Counted from the stretch's first letter, positions 18,996 through 29,223 are shown. The stretch is 64,000 nucleotides of DNA from an uncultured Solirubrobacteraceae bacterium (GCA_963717415.1 OY970331.1:730709-794708), one strand, 5' to 3'. Notes: a model not told the origin generated them from the letters alone. Numbers and translations are program-made.

Positions 18996-19076
18996 CTACG
19001 CGCGAGTATCGCGCAGCCACAATGCGGCCGCGTTTCGGGGCCGAGTCCGGGCGCTTGCCGCCAGAAGAACGATCAA

Positions 19077-22000
19077 CTAGCGCTGAGTGGCGTCAGCGGC
19101 TGCCAGCTCGCGAGCGCGCGCCGCCAGGTGGGAAACGCCCAGACGATCGTACTCGGACGCAGCCTGCTCGAGCAACTGAACAGCCGCCTCGCGGTCGCTC
19201 TCGAGCAGCCGCTGCCCGCGTAGGAGCTCGCAGCGGGCGGCCTCCAGCGGGCGCCCCAGATGCTGCCACGCCCCGCGGGCGCGCCCCAGGTCGGCGAGCG
19301 CTCTGGGCAGAGGTCCGACGACGCCGGCGGCTTCGATCGCGGCTGCCTCGCCCACGGGATAGCGGACGCGATCGGAGAGCTCAATCGCCTCCCGGGCGGC
19401 CTCGCTCGCCTTCTCGTGCTGGCCGGCGAGTGTGTGTACAACGGCCCTCGCCGAGTTCGCCTGGATCGATTGCGCGATAAGGCCCGCACGCTCGCCGACA
19501 TCGAGCGCCTGCGACAGCGCGGTCTCCGCGGCTTGGAGCTCGCCTTGATCGCGGAGCGTGCTCGACAGCCCGTAGAGCGCATCGAAGCAAACCTCCGACC
19601 AGCCAATCTGCTCTGCGAGCTCGTGCGCCCGCCTGTAGGAGCTCTCCGATTCCTGCCACTCTCCGCTGCGCCAGTACAGTCGTCCACGCAGCGCGTAGGG
19701 GAGGCAGAGCTTTCCGATCAGACCCTCGCGCTCGGATAGCTCGGCGCTGGCGTCGATCGAGCTTTCTACCTGCTCCCAGTCGGCGGCGTAGAGCGCGAGC
19801 TGAGCGATAGCGGCATGCAGCTCGATCTCGGCGGGCACGTCCCCGACCTGTCGAGCGAGCGTCAACGCTTCGCGATACAAGTCGGCGGCGACCGCGTAGT
19901 CGCCGTCTGAGCTCTCGAGGTGCTGACCGAGTGCCATCAGCGCAAGGACCGTCTCGTGCGCGTCTGAGCCGCGCGCGAGCTCAACGGCGCGCTCGAGGTT
20001 CTCACGAGCCTTCGCGGTGTCTCCGATGCGCCCGAATACCCGACCGAAGATGCCGTGAGCACGACTCGCAGCGCGAACCTCACCGAGGCTCTCAGCGAGC
20101 CGCAGAGCCTTCTCCGAAGCGTAGATCGCGAGCATGTTGTCGCCTGTCTGCATGTACAGCCACGCGGCCTCCTCATACAGCCGCACGAGCGCCAACGACG
20201 GCTCGCCGTCCTTGATCAGGTTGATACCTCGTTGGTGATGTTCGATCGCCTGCTTGCGCTCTCCCTTGTGCGCAAGCCCGGCACCGATCTTGCGGTGAAG
20301 CTCAGCGACACGCTCGAGGTCCCGCCTGCCGCTGTGATGCTCGAGCGCCCGCTCCCATACGTCGATCGCGGCGTCTACGCGGCCGAGCCGCAGGGCGACA
20401 TCGCCCTGCTTCTCGAGTAGGCGCGCGACCGCGTCGGCGTCCTCTCCGGCCTGCTCGAGCGCAGCCGCGTAGTCCGTGAAAGCGTCTGCGTTTGAGTAGA
20501 AGGCGGTCGCCGCGTCGCCGGCGGCCTCCAGGTAGGAGAGCGCCTTTGCGCGATAGGGCGCTAGGTCTCCCGGCGCCAGGCCAAGCTCCCCGCCAAGCTC
20601 GGCTGCTTTGCCGTAGTGCTCGGCGAGCAGCGCAACCACCTCATCGATGCGCTCGCCGGCGCGGGTCTCGATGAAGCGCGCAACCTCGAAATGCTTCTGC
20701 GCACGCACGGCCTTCGGCAGCATCTCGTAGGCGGCGTCGCGAATCAGCGCGTGCTTGAACGCGAGCTCGGGCTCGCCGGCCAGAGCACTGCCCTCGCCGG
20801 CGATCACGATGTCCTTGTCACGGAGCGCCCTCAACGCCTCGGCCAAATCGCGCCCCTCGGCTTGCGCGATGGGGGTGAGAGCGCCCTCCCAAAACGTCCG
20901 ACCGATGACCGCGGCGTGCGCGAGAAGACGACGCTGGAAGGGCTCCAGCGAGTCAAGCCGCGCCGCGAGCAGGGCCTGCACGGTCATTGGAAGCTCGGCG
21001 GTGGTCGCGCCCTCCTCTTCAGATAGGCGACGCACCATCTCCTCTGCGAACAACGGGTTGCCCTCCGCGCGAGCAGCTACTCCAGCGACCACGCTCTCGT
21101 TGACCCCGTCGATGCACATCAGCGAGTAGATCAGCTCACGCGTCTCGCTCTCGCCAAGCGGCTCGAGGAACATCGTCGTCGAATCGCGACGCACGCCCCC
21201 CCAGCCGACGCGGCGCTCGAGCAGCTCTTCCCGAGCGAGGCAGATCTGCAGCACCGGTGCCCGCACCCACTGCGCAAGATGCTCGATCAGGTCGAGCATC
21301 CCCTGGTCTGCCCAGTGGATGTCCTCCCACACGAGCACCAGCGGCCCATCCCGCGCCACGCCCTCGACACATGAGCGCACAGCCGCGAAGGAGACTTCAC
21401 GCGCCTGCTGGGCATCGCCCCGATCGGCGGACAGCGGCTCCTCCGGTGCCTCGATCCCCAGCAGACGACCGACCACGGCCGTCTTGGAGGCTGCGGCCCT
21501 GCCGTCTGACTCTCGGTCGAGCAACGCGCCGACGCGAGCCGACAGCTTGTTCCACGCCTCCGCGGGCGAATCGCCATCGACGATTCCACACTCGGCGCGA
21601 ATGACCTCGCCGAGCGGCCAGTAGACGATGCTTGAACCATACGGCGGGCATCGCCCGCGGCGCACCTGCGGGGGGATCTCGTCGCTTCTCAGCTCGTGCT
21701 CGAACTGGCGCAGAAGCCGCGACTTTCCAACGCCGGGGTCGCCGATCACGGTTACCAGATGCGGGCCTCGCTTTCGCTTCACTCGTGCAAGCAGATCCCG
21801 CAACTGAGCGAGCTCCGCCGAACGGCCCACGAGCGGAGCCAGGACGGGACCCGCCAATGCGCGCGCCGCCGGCTGCCCTCCTGCGGAAAAGGCCTCCCAC
21901 GCGGGAACAGGGTCGCTCTTGCCCTTGAGAGTCAGGGGTTGCTCCAGAGCGTTGAAGCCGATCGCCTCGCGAGTCGCACGGTAGGTCGCCTCACCGACGG

Positions 22001-22679
22001 TCACGCTCCCAGGACGCGCAGCCGCCTGGAGCCTCGCGGCGACGTTCACGGCGTCACCGATCACCGTGTAGCTGTCCCCGACCTGTCCCGCGAGCACCTC
22101 GCCCGTGTTGATGCCAACGCACAGCGCGAATGTCGCCCCGTACTGCGCGGCCAGCGGCTCGTTTATCTCACCCATCGCCGCCTGCATGCCCAGGCCGGCG
22201 CGCACGGCGCGCTCGGCGTCATCGCCGTGCGCTACCGGAGCCCCGAAGATCGCCATCACGTTGTCGCCAATGAACTTGTCGACATACCCACCATAAGAGA
22301 GCACCTCCTCACCGAGACGCCCCAGAATCCGCTCGAGCTGACGCTTCACAGACTCGGGGTCAAGCCTCGACGCGACCGCCGTGTAGCCCGACAGGTCCGC
22401 GAACAGGACGGTCACCGTGCGCCGCTCATCGAGCGTGGAGGACGCGAGCGCGACTGTCGGCTCATCGCCGTCAATTGCGGGCATCTCCTCTACCGCTGGC
22501 TCGCTTGCCGTGCTCCCCGCTTCCAATGGCTCGCCGCAAGACATGCAGAAGCGCGCCCCCTCCGGCGTCGACTCGCCGCACGACCCGCAGCGCCGCTCGA
22601 GCTTCGCTCCACATCCCATGCAGAACCGCGCGCCGGCGGGATTCGTCGCAGAACAGGCCGAGCACTCAACCATCGGCAT
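19077..22679 (-). CDS. double zinc ribbon + class III adenylate cyclase + AAA ATPase + TPR (STAND-type) protein
   Basis: Four CxxC pairs; FADLSGYT, DKFIGD, VIGDAVNVAARL; Walker A GDPGVGKS; Walker B WEDIHWAD; GNPLF; FKHALIRD; TPR-like C-terminus. Confidence 0.93.
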   Translation of the reverse strand: MPMVECSACSATNPAGARFCMGCGAKLERRCGSCGESTPEGARFCMSCGEPLEAGSTASEPAVEEMPAIDGDEPTVALASSTLDERRTVTVLFADLSGYTAVASRLDPESVKRQLERILGRLGEEVLSYGGYVDKFIGDNVMAIFGAPVAHGDDAERAVRAGLGMQAAMGEINEPLAAQYGATFALCVGINTGEVLAGQVGDSYTVIGDAVNVAARLQAAARPGSVTVGEATYRATREAIGFNALEQPLTLKGKSDPVPAWEAFSAGGQPAARALAGPVLAPLVGRSAELAQLRDLLARVKRKRGPHLVTVIGDPGVGKSRLLRQFEHELRSDEIPPQVRRGRCPPYGSSIVYWPLGEVIRAECGIVDGDSPAEAWNKLSARVGALLDRESDGRAAASKTAVVGRLLGIEAPEEPLSADRGDAQQAREVSFAAVRSCVEGVARDGPLVLVWEDIHWADQGMLDLIEHLAQWVRAPVLQICLAREELLERRVGWGGVRRDSTTMFLEPLGESETRELIYSLMCIDGVNESVVAGVAARAEGNPLFAEEMVRRLSEEEGATTAELPMTVQALLAARLDSLEPFQRRLLAHAAVIGRTFWEGALTPIAQAEGRDLAEALRALRDKDIVIAGEGSALAGEPELAFKHALIRDAAYEMLPKAVRAQKHFEVARFIETRAGERIDEVVALLAEHYGKAAELGGELGLAPGDLAPYRAKALSYLEAAGDAATAFYSNADAFTDYAAALEQAGEDADAVARLLEKQGDVALRLGRVDAAIDVWERALEHHSGRRDLERVAELHRKIGAGLAHKGERKQAIEHHQRGINLIKDGEPSLALVRLYEEAAWLYMQTGDNMLAIYASEKALRLAESLGEVRAASRAHGIFGRVFGRIGDTAKARENLERAVELARGSDAHETVLALMALGQHLESSDGDYAVAADLYREALTLARQVGDVPAEIELHAAIAQLALYAADWEQVESSIDASAELSEREGLIGKLCLPYALRGRLYWRSGEWQESESSYRRAHELAEQIGWSEVCFDALYGLSSTLRDQGELQAAETALSQALDVGERAGLIAQSIQANSARAVVHTLAGQHEKASEAAREAIELSDRVRYPVGEAAAIEAAGVVGPLPRALADLGRARGAWQHLGRPLEAARCELLRGQRLLESDREAAVQLLEQAASEYDRLGVSHLAARARELAAADATQR

Positions 22680-22782
22680 TCAGCTCGCGACTCGGAGAGG
22701 ATTGCGGGACATCGCAGCGAGTATCACCGAATCCGCGGCACGTCGAGCGACGCGTCGCACACGCAATGGCCTAGAAGCGAGG

Positions 22783-23175
22783 CTACCTCGGCACAGCTCT
22801 GAGGGCGTCGGCCTTCTCGCTGTACTCGCGCAACTCGATGATCTTGCCGTTTCGCAACCGGAACACCTGCACCTCCTCTTCGTCGAACGCTGCCCCGCTC
22901 GCCCGTCCGCGGCCAGTCAGGCGAAACGGCACCACGACAAAGTTGCCTGCATCGATGAACTCTTGGGGTTCGAGACCAAGCCCAAGCCACATATCGTCGA
23001 GTTCGGCGAACCTGGCGCGTGCGGCATTGAGGCCGCGATGCACCGTCGTGTCGGGAACGTCGTCGCGTTCCCACCACTCGATGTCCGGGTCACACGCGCC
23101 GAGAACCGCGGCCATGTCGCGTCGATTCCATGCTTCGTAGGCACGCTTGACGATCTCCACGTTCTGCTGCGACAT
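22783..23175 (-). CDS. SnoaL-like/NTF2 family protein
   Basis: MSQQNVEIVKRAYEAWNRRD..GRGRASG..FRLRNGKI. Confidence 0.9.
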   Translation of the reverse strand: MSQQNVEIVKRAYEAWNRRDMAAVLGACDPDIEWWERDDVPDTTVHRGLNAARARFAELDDMWLGLGLEPQEFIDAGNFVVVPFRLTGRGRASGAAFDEEEVQVFRLRNGKIIELREYSEKADALRAVPR

Positions 23176-23196
23176 CGCCTACGCCGTCTTGCAGCC

Positions 23197-23544
23197 TCAG
23201 GCTGGGTCCTCGGCCCTGTATGGGTCGTCCTCGCCGCGCAAATCGCGGTAGCGGCGGTCGAAGAGCCCCAGCACGGCAGTGATGTCGGCCGGCCCGTGGA
23301 TGCCATGGCTGACACTCTCGGGCATCGAGTCGGATGGTTCCGCATCGCCGTGCTCGACCAACTCGTCGCGCTCCAGATCCGAGAAGCGCAACTCTGCCTC
23401 ACCGCGCTCGCGATCCAGGACGCCCAGCTCCAGACGCTCGTAACGCACGAGCGCGGCGCTCTCCGAGATTCGCTCGATATGGACACCGGGCCAGCTGGCT
23501 AGCTCGCTGGCAATCTCATCGACGAGCGCCGTCGCACGGGACAT
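23197..23544 (-). CDS. DUF5519/luciferase-domain-like hypothetical protein
   Basis: ELASWPGV..ELG..RDELVEHGDAEP..ADITAVLGLFDRRY; TACGAT 7 nt before ATG. Confidence 0.55.
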   Translation of the reverse strand: MSRATALVDEIASELASWPGVHIERISESAALVRYERLELGVLDRERGEAELRFSDLERDELVEHGDAEPSDSMPESVSHGIHGPADITAVLGLFDRRYRDLRGEDDPYRAEDPA

Positions 23545-23684
23545 GAGGCGCATCGTATCGGCTCGGACCAGCGGCTCGATGGGTCACATGTGCGGCCGGC
23601 TCGTGTCGGTCACACGCGTGCGGCGACATTGCATCGCCGCCCGTCTGAGATCGACCGAAGTGAATGAAGGCGTAGCATTCAACC

Positions 23685-23933
23685 ATGAGCGACGAGAGCA
23701 TCGCTGCGCGGATCGAGCGCTTGGTCAAAGAGGAGCACGAGCTGCGAAACCGCGAGGAGGTCGACGCGGCCGGAGCGCTCGAGGCCGACGCCGAGCGCCT
23801 GCGTGCCGTGGAGGTCGAGCTCGACGTGTGCTGGGACCTGCTGCGTCAACGACGGGCCCTCAGGGACGCCGGCGACAATCCCGATCAAGCCGCGGCGCGC
23901 GACCCCAACACCGTCGAGCGGTACTGGCAGTAG
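23685..23933 (+). CDS. DUF2630 family protein
   Basis: EVELDVCWDLLRQRRALR..RDPNTVERY. Confidence 0.9.
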   Translation: MSDESIAARIERLVKEEHELRNREEVDAAGALEADAERLRAVEVELDVCWDLLRQRRALRDAGDNPDQAAARDPNTVERYWQ

Positions 23934-24090
23934 CGAGCGTCCCACCGGCTGGAGCAACCACGGCGGCGGTCGCACGCTTCCCGAACGGGGCGAGATGCTG
24001 CGACGCCACGCTCCCGCAGAGAGAGGCATGAAAACCTTCCCCCGCCGCATCGCGCTCCAGCCTGTGCTGCCGGTGCCCTAGCCTGAAGCA

Positions 24091-24423
24091 ATGCGTATCG
24101 AGCTACTGTTCTGGGCCGGTTGTCCCTCGCATCCCACGGCGCTTGCCGAGCTGCGCGAGGCGATGGTGGAAGTCGCGCTTGACCCAAGCACGGTCCTCGT
24201 CCGCGAGGTCGAGACGCAATCCGAGGCAGCGCTGGAGCGCTTCGCCGGGTCGCCGACAATCCTTATCGACGGCGTCGATGTTCAGCCGCTTGGCGAGGAG
24301 CCGGTCGGACTGACCTGCCGGATCTACCATCGCCGCGACGGCCGGATATCGCCGACACCAGACCCGGCGGACGTGCGTGATGCACTGCTCGCTGCTCAGG
24401 CCGCGACCTCCGAGAGGAGCTAG
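24091..24423 (+). CDS. thioredoxin-fold protein (DUF2703/alkylmercury-lyase-associated type)
   Basis: IELLFWAGCPS, FAGSPTILIDGVD, LTCRIY. Confidence 0.75.
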   Translation: MRIELLFWAGCPSHPTALAELREAMVEVALDPSTVLVREVETQSEAALERFAGSPTILIDGVDVQPLGEEPVGLTCRIYHRRDGRISPTPDPADVRDALLAAQAATSERS

Positions 24424-24978
24424 ATGACAGATATTGGCGATCCTGCCCCGACGTTCGAGCTGCCGGACACCGAGGGGACCATGCACGGGCCCGGCGACGC
24501 TCCGGCGACGGTCGTCGTGTTCACCTGCAACCACTGTCCTTACGCCCTTGCGTGGCATGAGCGGATCGTCGGGGTTGCGCGCGACTACGCCGACCGCGGA
24601 GTCCGTCTGCTCGCGATCAATTCCAATGATGCCGAGCGCTATCCGCGCGACTCGCCCGAGGCGATGCGGGTTCGAGTCGAGAGTGGGCAGTTCGAGGGCG
24701 TCCCGTACCTCTACGACGGGTCGCAGAGCGTCGCCCGCGCATATGGCGCGAAGACGACGCCGGATGTGTTCGTGATCGACGCCGCGGGCGTGCTCCGCTA
24801 CCGAGGTGCCCCGGACACCGACCAGGACGATCCCGCACAGAACGCCAGCTTCCTGCGCGGAGCTCTCGATGCCGTGCTGAACGGTCGCGACCCTAACCCT
24901 GTCGAGACGCCACCGGTCGGTTGCTCCATCAAGTGGAAGGTCGGACTCAGGGGCGACGTCGCGGCTCCACGTCCTTGA
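24424..24978 (+). CDS. AhpC/TSA thioredoxin family protein (PRX-like)
   Basis: FTCNHCPY, INSND..YP.DS, AKTTPDVF, GCSIKW. Confidence 0.9.
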   Translation: MTDIGDPAPTFELPDTEGTMHGPGDAPATVVVFTCNHCPYALAWHERIVGVARDYADRGVRLLAINSNDAERYPRDSPEAMRVRVESGQFEGVPYLYDGSQSVARAYGAKTTPDVFVIDAAGVLRYRGAPDTDQDDPAQNASFLRGALDAVLNGRDPNPVETPPVGCSIKWKVGLRGDVAAPRP

Positions 24979-25480
24979 CCGTCGCTGCGGGGGCGTCGAG
25001 CGCTTGCCTGAGCTTGCCCACGAGCCCCTCGAACAGCGGGTATACGCCCGGGCCGTGCGCCTGGTGAAGCGCGGGCCTCCACTTCTCCCAGCGTTCGATC
25101 AGCATGCGACCGAGCAGAACCTTGACGAGCTCCAGGTCGAACGCTCCCAGGCTCTCCAGCGCCGCAAGCTGCTCGAAGAAGTCGAGTTCCCGGTAGAGCA
25201 CGTACGCCTCGGGGGCGTCGGCTGCCACGTAAGCTGCAAACGCGTCCCGCAGCTCCTCAGCTGACTTGAACCGAGCGAACAACCGCCGGGCCTCCTCCAG
25301 CGACTGTTCGTTCCAGCGGCGAAAGAACTCGGCCGCCATCTGCGCCTCGCGGCTCATGCGCGCCTCGCGCACCTGCTGAGCGGCGAAGATCGCAGCGCCG
25401 AACGCGCCGAGCAGGCTTAGCGCCAGGATCGATGTGGCGATCGCGGTGACCTCGGCCCAGTCCACTGCTGCGATCAGCAA
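24947..25480 (-). CDS. DUF4760-like membrane-anchored hypothetical protein
   Basis: N-terminal TM helix, then LDFFEQLA..YPLFEGL; start codon uncertain. Confidence 0.55.
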   Translation of the reverse strand: MLIAAVDWAEVTAIATSILALSLLGAFGAAIFAAQQVREARMSREAQMAAEFFRRWNEQSLEEARRLFARFKSAEELRDAFAAYVAADAPEAYVLYRELDFFEQLAALESLGAFDLELVKVLLGRMLIERWEKWRPALHQAHGPGVYPLFEGLVGKLRQALDAPAATVKDVEPRRRP

Positions 25481-25528
25481 GTCTCGCCTCCGATCTGTCG
25501 AGAGATGGGCAGCAGGGCATGCGCCCCG

Positions 25529-25560
25529 CAGTTTTGCTCAAATTGCACCCGATTTGCACC
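25529..25560 (+). repeat. copy 1 of a ~33-nt dispersed repeat with tandem ttgcacc units (arm-type-site-like)
   Basis: cagttttgctcaaattgcaccc-gatttgcacc matches 29726-29758 with 2 mismatches and 1 gap. Confidence 0.75.
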
Positions 25561-25576
25561 GCGGAAGCTCGCGTCC

Positions 25577-26332
25577 TCAGCGACCGGTGAAGCTCGGCGC
25601 TCGGCGCTCGGCGGTGGCACGGACGCCCTCCTGGAAATCGTCAGTCGTGAACAGAGGCGTCTGTTGGGCGAGCTCGCGCTCGGTCGCAGCTCGGACGCGA
25701 TCATGGAGGTCGCCGCGCATTGTTTGGCGGATCGACCGCACGGCAAGAGGTGCACTGGCGGCGATCTCGCACGCGAGTCGGTGCGCCTCGCTGCGCAACT
25801 CGGCGTCTGCGGCCAAACGGTCGCACAGGCCGAGCGCGAGGGCCTCCGCGGCCTTAACGCGCCGGCCCGTGTAGAGCAACTCGAGCGCCGCCTGCATCCC
25901 GACAGCCGCGGGAAGGGTGACGGTCAACCCGAAGCCGTGGTGGATGCCCAAGCGCGCGAAGTTCGCGGCGAAACGGGATGAGGAACTGGCTACGCGGAGG
26001 TCGGCCGACAGCGCGAGCCCCAGGCCCCCGCCGATCGCAGCGCCCTGGACGGCCGCGACGACCGGGGTCGCGGCCGCGAACATGCGTACCGCCTGCGTGT
26101 AGAGCGCCTGCGCGCCCGCGTCGCCTGTACCGGTGAAGTTCGCGCCGGCACAGAAGTGCCGGCCAGTCGAGCACAGCACGATCGCCCGGCACGTGGGGTC
26201 CTCGTCGAGCGCCGCGTACGCGTCCGCGAGCGCCGTTATCAGCCTGACGTCGAAGTGGTTGTTCGGCGGACGGTCGAACTCGACCGTTGCGACGTGGTCC
26301 CTGCCCACGTCCACCGTCAGCTCCTCCTTCAC
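25577..26332 (-). CDS. enoyl-CoA hydratase/isomerase
   Basis: HFCAGANF, PVVAAVQGAAIGGGLGLAL.ADLR, DFQEGV. Confidence 0.92.
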   Translation of the reverse strand: MKEELTVDVGRDHVATVEFDRPPNNHFDVRLITALADAYAALDEDPTCRAIVLCSTGRHFCAGANFTGTGDAGAQALYTQAVRMFAAATPVVAAVQGAAIGGGLGLALSADLRVASSSSRFAANFARLGIHHGFGLTVTLPAAVGMQAALELLYTGRRVKAAEALALGLCDRLAADAELRSEAHRLACEIAASAPLAVRSIRQTMRGDLHDRVRAATERELAQQTPLFTTDDFQEGVRATAERRAPSFTGR

Positions 26333-27069
26333 AGGTCCTCCAGGAATTCGCCGACCGAGCGATTGAAGTGCGCCGGCTGGTCCATGTTCGCGGCATGGCC
26401 GGCGTTCTCGATGATCAACTTGCGCGCGCCGGGAATGCGGTTAGCCATGGCGTCCGCCGCCGCCATGAAACGGTCATCGCTTGCCCCGATGACGATCAAG
26501 GTGGGTGCTGTGATCGTGCTGAGCGACTCGAACGCCTCGCCGTCGCGCTGGATGAGGATGCCACGCGCCGCTGCAGCCAGACCGTCCGCGCCAGCCGCAT
26601 GCTCGGCGGCTGCCGTCTCGGGGCTCGCTCGTAGCGCCGCTAGGCCACGTGCCTCGAGGTCGTCCGCGAGTCCGCCGACCCAGTTGTTCCATGCATAGCG
26701 CGCCGCGTCGTCGCGAAACCCCGGGCCGGTGTCGACGAGCAACAGGGCGGCCACCCGCTCGGGATGGCGCGCGAAGAAGAGCAATGAGAGGAATCCACCC
26801 AACGACATCCCGCCGACCACAGCGCGCGGGCGATTGAGCAGGTCGATGAGCTCAACCATGTCCACGATGCAGCGATCGTGCGAGAGCTCGCCAGATCCGA
26901 GCATGCTCGCGCCGTGGCCAGGCAGGTCCCATGTGAGCACCTGGCGATGGAGGCCGAGAGCGTCCAGGTTGGGCGCCCACATCGCTTGGCTGGCACCAAA
27001 GCCGTGGGTGAGCAGCACCGGCGTATGCTCCGTCGGCCGTCCGTGGATGGTGAAGGCGATGTCGGGCAT
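26329..27069 (-). CDS. alpha/beta fold hydrolase
   Basis: LTHGFG, WDLPGHG, GMSLGG nucleophile, AGHAAN. Confidence 0.9.
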   Translation of the reverse strand: MPDIAFTIHGRPTEHTPVLLTHGFGASQAMWAPNLDALGLHRQVLTWDLPGHGASMLGSGELSHDRCIVDMVELIDLLNRPRAVVGGMSLGGFLSLLFFARHPERVAALLLVDTGPGFRDDAARYAWNNWVGGLADDLEARGLAALRASPETAAAEHAAGADGLAAAARGILIQRDGEAFESLSTITAPTLIVIGASDDRFMAAADAMANRIPGARKLIIENAGHAANMDQPAHFNRSVGEFLEDL

Positions 27070-27911
27070 CAGACGCTCAGGACTGCGGAACCGCCAGTGA
27101 TTGCGGGGTAGACACTGTCGGCGCCGGCCCGCGCAACACCAGCGCCGAGCCGAGTGCTCCAGTGGTGCTCGTCACCGTACTCCGACCGCCAAGCCCAGAG
27201 CCGGCGCGTGAGCTCGCCCAGCGGATGCTCGCGCGTGGTGCCGCGCGCTCCCAGTATCTGGTGGGCCGCTCGTCCCGCGCTCAGCGCCGCCCGGTTGGCG
27301 AGCAGCTTTCCCGCGGCGATCTCGAACCCGCCGGGCCGGCGTGCGGTCGCGTCGGCGGCTACGCCGGTCAGCGCGACCTGCTGGGCGATTGTGACGAGGT
27401 GCTGCTGCACGGCCTGGAACGAGCCGATCGGCCGTCCGAATTGACGGCGCTCGCCTGCATGACGAACCGCGATCTCGTAGAGGCGATCGAGCGCTCCGGC
27501 CATGAGCGCGATACGCGTCAACGCGCCGCGCCTAAAGAGCGCGTCGGCGTCAACGCGTGCACCTGAGACTGCGAGCGTGCCGTCGAACACCACCGTGTCG
27601 CGCCCGTCACCGGCGAGATTCAGGTGCGGCTCGATCGTGACGTAGGCGCGCTCGACTACCACGGCGCGGCCGTCCAGCAGGATGGCGATCCGCGCCGCGT
27701 CACCTGCCCATGGCACGCGATGCACCCTCCCGCTCACCCTGCCGTCCCGCAGGACGACGCCGTCGCGGGCGCTGCCCGGCGCGACCGTAACCTCTAGTCC
27801 TTCCGCGCTCAGTCCGGCCTGAGCGAGCATCCACTCGCCGAGTAGCACCGTCTCCGCGGACCGGTCGGGTCCACGCTCGCGCAGCACCGCCAGGGCGTCC
27901 GCAACAGTCAT
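27069..27911 (-). CDS. acyl-CoA dehydrogenase family protein (short partner subunit)
   Basis: ERRQFGRPIGSFQAVQ, HQILGARGTTREH; ATGA overlap with the upstream acyl-CoA dehydrogenase. Confidence 0.82.
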   Translation of the reverse strand: MTVADALAVLRERGPDRSAETVLLGEWMLAQAGLSAEGLEVTVAPGSARDGVVLRDGRVSGRVHRVPWAGDAARIAILLDGRAVVVERAYVTIEPHLNLAGDGRDTVVFDGTLAVSGARVDADALFRRGALTRIALMAGALDRLYEIAVRHAGERRQFGRPIGSFQAVQQHLVTIAQQVALTGVAADATARRPGGFEIAAGKLLANRAALSAGRAAHQILGARGTTREHPLGELTRRLWAWRSEYGDEHHWSTRLGAGVARAGADSVYPAITGGSAVLSV

Positions 27912-29041
27912 TCGCGCAGCGCCCTCGCCGCGACCGAACGCAGGATCTCGTTCGTCCCGCCGCGGATCGTGAACGACGGGGCGCCCAAGATCGCGGCCGC
28001 GAGCAGCCGCTCGAAGAGCGACTCCGCGGATGGATCGGGATCGTCGGGCACCAGCCCCCATATCGTGTCGAGCACATCCTGCTCAAAACGTGTTCCCAGC
28101 TCCTTGACGAGGGCAGCCTCCGCTGCGGGCGCTTGACCGGCGTCGAGCAGGCGGGCGACCGACAGCGACAGCGCGCGAATCCCCCACCAGCCGGCGACTG
28201 CCCCGCCCAGCGCCTCCTCAGCGCGCTCGTCGGTGGCGCCGTGCTCACGTATGTATTGCTCGACCACCAGGTAGGTCGACAGCCAGCGCTCGGGCCCGGC
28301 CCGCTCGTAGGCCAGCTCCGACGTATTCTGCGCCCAGCCCGCTCCAACCTCACCGACCACGAGGTCGTCGGCAACGAAGACGTCGTCGAGGACGACTTCG
28401 TTGAAGAACTCGCTTCCGTCCAGATATGCGATCGGTCGTACGGTGATGCCGGGGGCGCGCAGATCAACGATCAGCTGCGTCAACCCTCGATGACGATCCT
28501 CCTCATCGCTTGTGCGGCACAACACCACGCACCAGTCGTTCTCGCGCGCACCGCCGGTCCAGAGCTTGGTCCCACTCACGCACCATTCGCCGTCTGTGCG
28601 CGTCGCGCGCGTCTGGACGGCGGCCAGGTCGCTGCCCGCCTCGGACTCGCTCATGCCGATCGAGAAGGACACCTCGCCGCGGCAGATCTGGGGCAGGAAC
28701 CGCTCGCGTTGTGCCATTGTGCCGTGGCGCAGGATCAGTGGTCCGGTCTGGCGATCGGCGACCCAGTGGTAGCGGATCGGCGCCCCCCAGCGCAGCAGCT
28801 CCTCTACGACTATGAAACGGTCCACCACGCCACGCTCCGCGCCCCCGTACCGGCGCGGGAGGGACATCCCAAGCCAACCGCGCGCCGCGAGCGCGTGGGA
28901 GAAGTTCTTGTCTCGACCCGCCGCCATCCCGAGTCCGGGAGCGAAGCTTCCGCGCGGCAACTCGTCTTCGAGGAACTCGCGCACCTCCGCCTGCAGCGCC
29001 AACTCGGCGTCGGTCAGTTCGCTCGGCGCGAAGCGCAGCAC
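27908..29041 (-). CDS. acyl-CoA dehydrogenase
   Basis: IGMSESEAGSDLA, GTKLWT, FNEVVLDDV, IRGGTNEILR. Confidence 0.93.
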   Translation of the reverse strand: MLRFAPSELTDAELALQAEVREFLEDELPRGSFAPGLGMAAGRDKNFSHALAARGWLGMSLPRRYGGAERGVVDRFIVVEELLRWGAPIRYHWVADRQTGPLILRHGTMAQRERFLPQICRGEVSFSIGMSESEAGSDLAAVQTRATRTDGEWCVSGTKLWTGGARENDWCVVLCRTSDEEDRHRGLTQLIVDLRAPGITVRPIAYLDGSEFFNEVVLDDVFVADDLVVGEVGAGWAQNTSELAYERAGPERWLSTYLVVEQYIREHGATDERAEEALGGAVAGWWGIRALSLSVARLLDAGQAPAAEAALVKELGTRFEQDVLDTIWGLVPDDPDPSAESLFERLLAAAILGAPSFTIRGGTNEILRSVAARALRE

Positions 29042-29223
29042 GGTGTCAGACGATACGTATGAACAGGCTCAGGTGGATTGCAGCTGCTCGCGTACGGCAT
29101 CCGCTTGATCATCGAAGCGTGCCCCAGCGGCTCCAGCCGACACGGAACGGGAACGCCATTGGCGCCTTCCCGCTATGGTCGGGGGGCCGTGACCCCTTCG
29201 GCGCCGACCTTGGAAAACCCGCT

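Noticed and set aside
22680-22682. In-frame TGA before the cyclase as selenocysteine
   Set aside because: Not at a redox motif, no recognisable SECIS, and an ATG follows directly
24091-24423. Mercury-resistance operon
   Set aside because: Only a thioredoxin-fold protein of the MerB-associated type is present; no merA, merR or merT
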